A stretch of DNA of 15,954 bases from assembly GCA_043753995.1 (NCBI GenBank), contig JAYUVP010000082.1, forward strand, positions 1-15,954. Reading direction: 5' to 3'. The notes under the pieces were generated by a model that did no database searches, had not been told where the DNA came from, and saw only the letters and a list, made by a program, of their open reading frames with translations. Each line of letters starts with the position of its first letter. Positions within the stretch are counted from its first letter, which is position 1. This document shows positions 1 to 7,149 of the stretch, in pieces. This DNA is from Fibrobacterota bacterium. GTDB taxonomy: Bacteria; Fibrobacterota; Fibrobacteria; UBA11236. The position numbers and the translations under genes are program-made.

Positions 1-1472
1 TCCGCCTGATCCACCCGCGTAGGATCCAACAAATACCTCAAGACATAATGGTTGAAGCGCTCGAAATCGAAGTTAAAGCTGGTGAGGTCGCGTCGCGCCC
101 CTTCGGCGGTATCGTCGAAACCCACCAGAGAAATATCGCTCGGAACCTGTAAGCCACGGCGGCGCAGAAAATCCATCACGAGCAAGGCCGTGTCGTCGTC
201 GATGGCCACCCAGGTAGTTAACTCCTTCCGTTTCAGGGCCGTTTCTAATTGGGGCGTCAGCGCTTCCAAAATGCGCTCGCGGCGCACCGCAAGGTGAATT
301 TCCCTTTCCAATTGTGCCGCAAGTCCCTTGAGGGAAGGCAGTGGAGCCTTCCAACCCGGGGTACGCAGTATGGAACGGCTAAGGAGACCGAAGGCACGGC
401 GTTCGCGCACGACATGCCTCTGCTGGTAAGGCATGGCCAAGGTGTATTCCGCCACCATGGCTTCGGGGTCAGCACGCTGAAGGGTGACCGTCAGACCTAC
501 TATGCGGTTGCGCGACCAAACGGCCTCCGCAAACGGAGAAACCACGGCGACACGTCTATGGCCTAAGGCCAACAGGTGACGCGCCATGATCTCACCCGAT
601 GCCTCGCTGATGGTGGGTCGGAAGGATTTGATCAGGCGGTTCCGCCCTGTCCATTCGAGCAGAGAAGGGCTATCGACTTCGTCAAGCACGGCCACCGGCT
701 TGCGATACCGTGCCAGTTGCGGCAAGAGGTCTGCGCAGACGTCGCGCGGGCAGGCGGTCCGAACCAAAAAGCCTGCGGCCTGTTTGCTCAACTCGGGGAA
801 GGTCAGGGAGGAGGCTGGCGGCATCACCAGTCGGAGATTGTGATCCTGGTAACAGTAAACCACCACCGCCAATTCCAGATTCAAACGCTCGCAGGCCGAC
901 CGCAAGGCCTTCAGGTACTCATGATCGAAAGGTTCGTCGAAATGCTGATTGCCACTCTCGTCACCCCAGGCGAGGTAAATGACTGGGTGGCCCGCTCCCC
1001 ATACCGGATTGCCGTCGGAAGCGGGTGGCCAATAGCCTGCGCGCTCCAGGTCGTCCAAGGCTTTACGTAAGGTGGAATAGCAGACATGGTATTTTCCTTG
1101 CATTTCCTTCAGCGAGGGAGCGGCTTCGCCGTGCAGGTAAACGCCTTGCAGCAGATCTCGCTCGATCTCTTGGCGCAGTCGTTCCCACTTCGACAGTCCC
1201 GGTTTTGGGAGAGCGGGGGAGGAATGGCGAGCGGCATCCGGCAAACGCGGACGACGGCCCGGTTCGACAAGGAGCAGCCCCAACTCAGCAGCCCGGCGTA
1301 GGGCCTTCCACAGGGTGAAATGGGAGATGTCAGAAAGGCGTGCCAAAGCGCGAACACCGGGAAGCTCCCCACGCGCCTGCCAGGCAGGATCGGCGGCCAA
1401 ACCTTTGAGGAATTCGAGGGCTCGCATCACTCCCGGTGTGGAAGGCGGGCTGGAGGTAGAGGGACGTTTCAT
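1..1472 (-). CDS. Transcriptional regulator with two tandem GntR-type winged-HTH domains and a C-terminal LacI/periplasmic-binding-protein-like effector domain (3' end outside window)
   Basis: Hand translation from ATG 1472 is open for 490 codons to the left edge. HTH1: ELPGVRALARLSDISHFTLWKALRRAAELGLL. HTH2: KWERLRQEIERDLLQGVYLHGEAAPSLKEMQGKYHVCYSTLRKALDDLERAG. LacI-type motifs: MARHLLALGHRRVAVV and WVAIDDDTALLVMDFLRRRGLQVPSDISLVGFDD. Confidence 0.9.
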   Translation of the reverse strand, partial: MKRPSTSSPPSTPGVMRALEFLKGLAADPAWQARGELPGVRALARLSDISHFTLWKALRRAAELGLLLVEPGRRPRLPDAARHSSPALPKPGLSKWERLRQEIERDLLQGVYLHGEAAPSLKEMQGKYHVCYSTLRKALDDLERAGYWPPASDGNPVWGAGHPVIYLAWGDESGNQHFDEPFDHEYLKALRSACERLNLELAVVVYCYQDHNLRLVMPPASSLTFPELSKQAAGFLVRTACPRDVCADLLPQLARYRKPVAVLDEVDSPSLLEWTGRNRLIKSFRPTISEASGEIMARHLLALGHRRVAVVSPFAEAVWSRNRIVGLTVTLQRADPEAMVAEYTLAMPYQQRHVVRERRAFGLLSRSILRTPGWKAPLPSLKGLAAQLEREIHLAVRRERILEALTPQLETALKRKELTTWVAIDDDTALLVMDFLRRRGLQVPSDISLVGFDDTAEGARRDLTSFNFDFERFNHYVLRYLLDPTRVDQA

Positions 1473-1483
1473 GGCACTAAGCA

Positions 1484-1512
1484 ATACTATGGGGATTGAG
1501 AACTTAATGCAA
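1484..1512 (-). promoter_or_regulatory. Candidate sigma70-type promoter of the regulator gene
   Basis: Minus strand reads TTGCAT-N17-TAGTAT, ending 11 nt before ATG 1472 (short leader, no clear SD). Confidence 0.45.
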
Positions 1513-1515
1513 TAG

Positions 1516-1538
1516 TGGATAGTTGGATGGTCATAAAC
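1516..1538 (+). promoter_or_regulatory. 23-bp conserved upstream box, copy 1 (candidate operator)
   Basis: TGGATAGTTGGATGGTCATAAAC, identical to 3347-3369 and starting 80 bp before ATG 1596. Contains the direct repeat TGGATAGT/TGGATGGT. Confidence 0.75.
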
Positions 1539-1595
1539 TTTTATTAAAACCAGTCAACCCTCAAAAACCGAAGCACGACCTTATCCTATCGCACT

Positions 1596-3344
1596 ATGGA
1601 CAACGACTCAATCAAACGTTTACGAATTCCCCATCTTACCAAGTGCCTAATTGTCTTTCTGATGGTGGCACAAGCCATCCATTCCCAGAGCTGCAATACC
1701 ATGCCTCCGGCTGCGGACTTCAAAGTGGAAAAACTGTCCACCGATGCTTTGGGCAACCCCATGGATATTGCCGTGGCTCCCGATCTCAAGGTGTATTGGG
1801 TAGAGCGGTACGGCGATTTCAAGATGTACGATCCGGTCACTAAAGCCACCCGCCTCATCAAGCATTTTGATGTGCTTTACGACATCAAGGACCTCGTCAG
1901 GACCGGCAAGTATATCAGTGATATGGAAAGTGGGCTCGAGGGAATTGCCCTGGACGGGAATTTCGCATCCAACCATTGGGTCTATCTCTGGTATGCGGTG
2001 CCCCCCAGCCGCTTGCCTGCGCCAATGGTGGGAGGTAAGCCAGGAACGATTGAAAGGCTGTCGCGCTTCACCTTAACATCGAACAATACCCAGTTGGATT
2101 CCGCATCCGAGAAGATCATTTTCCAGGAGACCTACTTCGCGCAATGCTGCCACTATGCGGGTGACCTGCAATGGGGTCCCGATGACAATCTCTGGCTCAC
2201 CACCGGGGACAATATGGTATCCACCTTATCCACCGACGATCCTTTCCGCGAGGGAGCCGAGAATACCGACGTGCGGCGCACCGCCAGCAATACCAATGAT
2301 ATCCGGGGCAAGATCCTGCGAATCCGTCCCATTCCCTTCCCGGATACCCAGACCCCGACCCCCGGGATCGGAACCACCTATACCATCCCGGAAGGGAATA
2401 TGCGCGACTATTTCGGGAAGCGGGGATTCTGGAGCGCGGCGGAGCTGCAACTGGTGCGGCAGGAAATTTATTCCATGGGGCATCGCAATCCCTTTTCCTT
2501 AGCCATTCACCCGGTCAAGCTTTATCCCGCCATCGGCGAAGCTGGATGGGACCATACCACCCTTGGCGAAGACGAGATCAATATCATCCCCCATCCGCAG
2601 AACAATGGATGGCCCTTTTTCAACGGCGGAAATGACACCAAGACTCAGGACGCGAGCCTAAGTCCCAAGCAATCGGCTTCCGCCCCGATGAATTTATCGA
2701 AATGGAATACGGGTTTGCAGAAGCTGCCCCCGGCCGTGCCTGCCGCCATTTCCCACCGTAGCGCAGCGGTGAAGATGAACTTTTTGTGTTACGCCACCGC
2801 ACTGCCTTGGGTCCATTACGATCCAGCCTTGAACTCCAAGGTGAAGTTCCCCCCCTACCTAGATGGCAAGCTGTTATTCACCTCATTCAGGGGCGCGCCT
2901 ATCCAAGCCGCCACGGTCGACGACAGCGGGCGGGTCACTCGCGTGGAGCAGGTCATGCCGTCAAGTTTCGATCTCTCGTATATCATGCGATCGGTGATGG
3001 GGCCGGACGGAGCCATTTACATCGCCCGCGGCATGGAAGAATACGGCACCGCTCCTACCCAAGATTCGCGCATCGTCAAGTTGAGCTATGTGGGTTCTTG
3101 CGCTCCCGTGGTGGCGACATTCCGGGCCACCGGTTCCCGTCTCATGCGCAATGTACCGACCTGGCTTCATCATCTCGGAGGGGATTTTCGCTTGCATTGG
3201 CCCGAGGGTGCCAGCCGTGTTCAGGCCTATCGATTGGACGGTTCTTTAGCATGGGAGTCGCGCCGCCTAGGAAGCGCCGAGGACGGCGGCATTGCAGCCG
3301 CTATTCCCAGCGGCTTATTGCAATTGCGGTTTTACGCAGAATAA
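1596..3344 (+). CDS. Secreted glucose/sorbosone dehydrogenase-family (PQQ-dependent sugar dehydrogenase-like) beta-propeller with C-terminal secretion-type domain, paralog 1
   Basis: Signal peptide (CLIVFLMVAQAIHS|Q). Motifs ESGLEGIALDGNF, CCHYAGDLQWGPDDNLWLTTGDN, RGKILRI, MGHRNPF, EDEIN..NNGWP, GPDGAIY. C-terminal ~80 aa with VQAYRLDG, resembling a T9SS-type tail. Confidence 0.88.
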   Translation: MDNDSIKRLRIPHLTKCLIVFLMVAQAIHSQSCNTMPPAADFKVEKLSTDALGNPMDIAVAPDLKVYWVERYGDFKMYDPVTKATRLIKHFDVLYDIKDLVRTGKYISDMESGLEGIALDGNFASNHWVYLWYAVPPSRLPAPMVGGKPGTIERLSRFTLTSNNTQLDSASEKIIFQETYFAQCCHYAGDLQWGPDDNLWLTTGDNMVSTLSTDDPFREGAENTDVRRTASNTNDIRGKILRIRPIPFPDTQTPTPGIGTTYTIPEGNMRDYFGKRGFWSAAELQLVRQEIYSMGHRNPFSLAIHPVKLYPAIGEAGWDHTTLGEDEINIIPHPQNNGWPFFNGGNDTKTQDASLSPKQSASAPMNLSKWNTGLQKLPPAVPAAISHRSAAVKMNFLCYATALPWVHYDPALNSKVKFPPYLDGKLLFTSFRGAPIQAATVDDSGRVTRVEQVMPSSFDLSYIMRSVMGPDGAIYIARGMEEYGTAPTQDSRIVKLSYVGSCAPVVATFRATGSRLMRNVPTWLHHLGGDFRLHWPEGASRVQAYRLDGSLAWESRRLGSAEDGGIAAAIPSGLLQLRFYAE

Positions 3345-3346
3345 AT

Positions 3347-3369
3347 TGGATAGTTGGATGGTCATAAAC
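3347..3369 (+). promoter_or_regulatory. 23-bp conserved upstream box, copy 2 (candidate operator)
   Basis: TGGATAGTTGGATGGTCATAAAC, beginning after a 2-bp gap from the paralog 1 stop and 80 bp before ATG 3427. Confidence 0.75.
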
Positions 3370-3426
3370 ATTTTGAAATCAGGATGATGCGAATATTCGA
3401 AGGGCCGGGCCTACCTTAAATAGCCT

Positions 3427-5163
3427 ATGAAGCATCACTCGTGTGGGCAATTCGGGATTCCCGGTTTTGTCCTTTTGATTTCTGCCTTTTTGATGCTGGC
3501 GCAGGCCATTCATTCCCAAGGTTGCAATGCTATGCCCCCGGCCTCGGACTTCAAGGTGGAAACCTTGTCTACCGACGTTCCGGGCAATGCCATGGATTTG
3601 GCCGTGGCTGCCGATCTCAAGGTTTATTGGGTGGAACGCTATGGCAATTTAAAGGTTTACGATCCGGTGACGCGTGCCACCCGACTCCTCCGGCATTTCG
3701 ACGTGATGTATAACGCCTCGGGGCTCAACTATCTCGGCGGAATGGAAACCGGGCTGGAGGGCATAGCCTTGGATGGCGATTTCACCCGTAACCATTGGGT
3801 CTATCTCTGGCATGCTGTACCAGCGAAGCGACTTTCCGGAACGGTGACAGGAGGTAAACCAGGACCTATAGCTAGGCTATCGCGCTTCACTTTGTCGACG
3901 GACAATACCCAGTTAGATACGGCCTCGGAGAAAATCATCTTCCAGCATACGACATTCGCCCAATGTTGCCATCATGGGGGCGATTTGGACTGGGGTCCTG
4001 ACGGCAACCTTTGGCTCACCACCGGCGATAATATGCAATGGACCCTATCGACCGACGATCCTTTCCGGGAGGGGAACGAGAACACCGATGTACGGCGCAC
4101 CGCAGGTAACACTAACGATACCCGGGGCAAAATTCTGCGCATCCGTCCCATCCCCTTTCCAGATTCGCAAACCCCTTCGCCTGGCGTGGGTTCCACCTAC
4201 ACCATACCGGAAGGGAACCTGCGCGATCATTTCGCGAAGCAGGGATTCTGGAATGCCGCAGAACAGGCCTTGGTGCGACCGGAAATCTATTCCATGGGTC
4301 ACCGCAATCCTTTTTCCCTGGCTGTGCATCCCGTCAAACATTTTCCCGCCGACGGCGAAGCCGGATGGGACAATGCCGCTAATGGGGAGGATGAAATCAA
4401 TATCATTCCCCATCCTCAAAACAATGGTTGGCCTTTTTTCAATGGCGGAAATTCCGATGGACCCCAGAAGGCGAGTCTCAATCCCAAGCAAAACGCAACT
4501 GCTCCGATGAATTTGTCGAAATGGAATACGGGCGTGCAGAAGCTGCCTCCTGCCATTCCCGCAGCCATTTCCAACCGCACGGCGGCCGTGCAGACGAATC
4601 TGATTTGCGTGGGCACCGTGCTGTCCTGGGTGCACTATGATCCGGGTTTAGATTCCAAGATGAAGTTCCCGCCTTATCTCGACGGCAAATTGCTGATCTC
4701 CTCCCTTGGCAATGCCCCATTGCAGGCCGCCACGGTGGACGATAGCGGGCGGGTCACCCGCGTGGAGCAGGTATTGGGCGTGCGTTCCGAACTGTCCTAT
4801 ATCTTTCGATCGGAGACCGGACCGGATGGGGCTATTTACATCGCCCGTGGCGAAGAACAATACGGAACCGCACCCACCTCCGAATCGCGCATCGTCAAGC
4901 TGAGCTATTCAGGAACCTGCGCGCCCGTCGTGTCTCTGGGGCAGGCCAAGGGGAAACGGCCTGCGCTCGGCGCTACGAGCCGGCTTTACCATTTGGCTGG
5001 AGAGTCCCGATTCACTTGGCCGATGAAGGCTGTAGGTGTCCGTGCCTATGCCGTGGATGGCTCCCTAGCCTGGGAAGCCCATCGATTTGGAAATGCTCAC
5101 GAGGGCCTAGTTCCGGCCGCCATTCCTTGCGGCTTGCTGCAAATGCGGTTTTACACGGATTAA
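3427..5163 (+). CDS. Secreted glucose/sorbosone dehydrogenase-family beta-propeller, paralog 2 (tandem duplicate of 1596-3344)
   Basis: Colinear with paralog 1 along its whole length: AQAIHS|Q, CCHHGGDLDWGPDGNLWLTTGDN, MGHRNPF, EDEINIIPHPQNNGWPFFNGGN, and the same type of tail ending GLLQMRFY. Confidence 0.88.
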   Translation: MKHHSCGQFGIPGFVLLISAFLMLAQAIHSQGCNAMPPASDFKVETLSTDVPGNAMDLAVAADLKVYWVERYGNLKVYDPVTRATRLLRHFDVMYNASGLNYLGGMETGLEGIALDGDFTRNHWVYLWHAVPAKRLSGTVTGGKPGPIARLSRFTLSTDNTQLDTASEKIIFQHTTFAQCCHHGGDLDWGPDGNLWLTTGDNMQWTLSTDDPFREGNENTDVRRTAGNTNDTRGKILRIRPIPFPDSQTPSPGVGSTYTIPEGNLRDHFAKQGFWNAAEQALVRPEIYSMGHRNPFSLAVHPVKHFPADGEAGWDNAANGEDEINIIPHPQNNGWPFFNGGNSDGPQKASLNPKQNATAPMNLSKWNTGVQKLPPAIPAAISNRTAAVQTNLICVGTVLSWVHYDPGLDSKMKFPPYLDGKLLISSLGNAPLQAATVDDSGRVTRVEQVLGVRSELSYIFRSETGPDGAIYIARGEEQYGTAPTSESRIVKLSYSGTCAPVVSLGQAKGKRPALGATSRLYHLAGESRFTWPMKAVGVRAYAVDGSLAWEAHRFGNAHEGLVPAAIPCGLLQMRFYTD

Positions 5164-5186
5164 TCCCTGATAAATCGGAGTCTATC

Positions 5187-7094
5187 ATGACGAATGATAA
5201 AATTGGAAATCATTTCTTTGTGATGATGCTTCTGGCCATGGCGCATGCAGCAAATGCCCAGACAGTCCACCTACGCGGCAAGGTGACCGATGCCGCGGGC
5301 AAACCCATCGCGAATGCGATGGTGGAATTAATGGGTGCTAAGCTGAAGGATACAACGGGTGCCGATGGATCCTATTCCCTGAACTTGGGCAGCAGTGCCG
5401 CGCGAACCTTATACGCCCCCATTTCTGGAGACATCAGACTAGACCAAGGCGTATTAGAACTTTCGGTGGCCAAGGCCGCACCGATTCGGATTGGGATCTT
5501 CGACGTGAAGGGAAATCTTCTGGAAACGCAGGCCGTGGATTTGGCCTCGGTGGGTACCTACCGTTTGAACGTGTCGGCAAAGATGAGGCCGGGAAGCTTA
5601 ATGCTCATCAAGGCTTCTATAGGCGAGGAATCAAAAGTCTTTCCCTACTTCCCGATGGCCCGTGGCGGAATAGCGAACGGTAACTTGGAATATTTCGCCC
5701 CGACGGGCTCGGAGTTATCGAAGAAAGCGGCCTTCGTGGATACGCTGAAAGCCACGGCTACCGGTTACCAACCGAAATCCTTCGCTCTCACCACCTTTGA
5801 TCTCGCGCAGAATATCCTTCTCGAAACCACCGCCAGCTGCGTAGCGCCGACGCTACCTACAGCCAAGGACGCAGTCACGCTCGATATGGCCGTGGCCGAG
5901 GGAGCGCCCACCTACCTCGCCTCTGGCTTCATCTATGGCATCTCCGAAGACGGAGTGCAGCCGCCCAATGCCCTGCTGACTGACATCAAGGTCAAAGCGG
6001 TCCGAGCCGGGCGCGGGGTTTCGCAAGGCTGCGGACAGGCAGCCTGGAATACTCACTGGAAGGTGATGAAGGCGTATTACGCCAAGGCGAAGGCCATCGG
6101 TGCCATCATGGAATTGTTGGTCAGCGATGACTATCAATATGCGTGTCCCGTTCCCGGCACCGACGGGGATTGGACGACCTTCACCGCTTTCATGGCCCAG
6201 CTCATCGACAGCGTGAAGGCCAATGGGATGACCGGTCCGGAAGTGCGGTGGGAGCTTTGGAACGAACCCGATCTCGACATTTTCTGGAAGGGCACGCAGG
6301 CCCAATGGCTGGAAACCTGGAAGCGCGCTTACCAACAAGTTCGCGTCGCGCTACCCAATGCCATGATCGAAGGGCCTAGTCTTGCAACAGGCCCCGGCGG
6401 AGCCTGGGCCAATGCGTTCTTTGATTATGCCAAGGCGAATAATGTCATGCCGGATTATGTCGTCTGGCACGAAGCCGGCGGGGGGGCCGATCCGGTGGCC
6501 GATTTGGCAACCATCACTCGTCAGCTTTCGACTCGAGGGATCGCGGGCGTGAAAGGATTTAATATCAACGAATACGGGGGGACTGGTGAGCAAAATCCTG
6601 GTCACTCCGCTTGGTTCCTCGCGAGATTCGATCGGGCGGGGATCCAGGGCATGCGTTCCAACTGGGCTGGAGGGTCGACATTCTTCTCCAACCTGGGCGA
6701 CCTTGTGACCACCAACTGGCAGCCGAATAGCCAGTACTGGGTCTATAAGCGCTATGCGGAGCAAACCGGCCTTCGGATCAAAACCACCGCAGGATCGCGC
6801 GTAGATGCGGTAGGTTACCAGGACATGGCTGCAGCCAAATCCATCCTCATTGTGGGCAACCGAGGGGGCTCAACCGGAGCGGTCAATGTCGTCATCCATA
6901 ATGTCCCGTCCTGGTTGCAGACCGGAGGGACCACCAAGGTCTTGCTGGAGAAAATGCCGACCGGCAAGGCAGCGGTGAGCGCCCCCACCGTGGTCTCGAA
7001 TGCATCCGCTCCTGTGACCTGCAATACTTTGATCGTGACCCTCGACTGGGCCACCGCGACCGATGGGTATGTGCTTACCTTGAGCCCGAACTGA
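5187..7094 (+). CDS. Secreted clan GH-A glycoside hydrolase (GH39/beta-xylosidase-like) with N-terminal carboxypeptidase-regulatory-like domain
   Basis: Start moved to ATG 5187 (GGAG at 5177-5180, signal peptide ...AMAHAANA|Q, no overlap with the upstream gene). WELWNEPD (acid/base Glu), IEGPS, VVWHE and FNINEYG (nucleophile Glu), with a C-terminal beta-sandwich. Confidence 0.8.
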   Translation: MTNDKIGNHFFVMMLLAMAHAANAQTVHLRGKVTDAAGKPIANAMVELMGAKLKDTTGADGSYSLNLGSSAARTLYAPISGDIRLDQGVLELSVAKAAPIRIGIFDVKGNLLETQAVDLASVGTYRLNVSAKMRPGSLMLIKASIGEESKVFPYFPMARGGIANGNLEYFAPTGSELSKKAAFVDTLKATATGYQPKSFALTTFDLAQNILLETTASCVAPTLPTAKDAVTLDMAVAEGAPTYLASGFIYGISEDGVQPPNALLTDIKVKAVRAGRGVSQGCGQAAWNTHWKVMKAYYAKAKAIGAIMELLVSDDYQYACPVPGTDGDWTTFTAFMAQLIDSVKANGMTGPEVRWELWNEPDLDIFWKGTQAQWLETWKRAYQQVRVALPNAMIEGPSLATGPGGAWANAFFDYAKANNVMPDYVVWHEAGGGADPVADLATITRQLSTRGIAGVKGFNINEYGGTGEQNPGHSAWFLARFDRAGIQGMRSNWAGGSTFFSNLGDLVTTNWQPNSQYWVYKRYAEQTGLRIKTTAGSRVDAVGYQDMAAAKSILIVGNRGGSTGAVNVVIHNVPSWLQTGGTTKVLLEKMPTGKAAVSAPTVVSNASAPVTCNTLIVTLDWATATDGYVLTLSPN

Positions 7095-7149
7095 CAACAA
7101 GGTTCTAGGTTACCCTAGCAAAAATCCTTCAGGTTCCCGGCCAAGCACA

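Noticed and set aside
52..1515. Short ORFs in the track over the first 1.5 kb
   Set aside because: They are antisense or off-frame shadows of the 490-codon minus-strand regulator.
1680..1700. Lipoprotein signal at QSC/QGC in the dehydrogenase paralogs
   Set aside because: Poor lipobox. SPI cleavage before Gln fits better, and this Cys may pair with the conserved Cys after the last blade (GSC/GTC).
1516..3369. 23-bp identical repeats as a CRISPR array or mobile-element ends
   Set aside because: Only two copies 1831 bp apart, each at the same offset from paralogous genes. No cas, transposase or integrase genes; tandem duplication explains them.
5016..5186. ORF-track start of the glycoside hydrolase at 5016
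   Set aside because: Overlaps paralog 2 by 148 bp. ATG 5187 has an SD and a signal peptide.
7105..7124. Intrinsic terminator between the convergent genes (CTAGG-TTAC-CCTAG)
   Set aside because: Only a 5-bp stem, with no U-tract following it on either strand.
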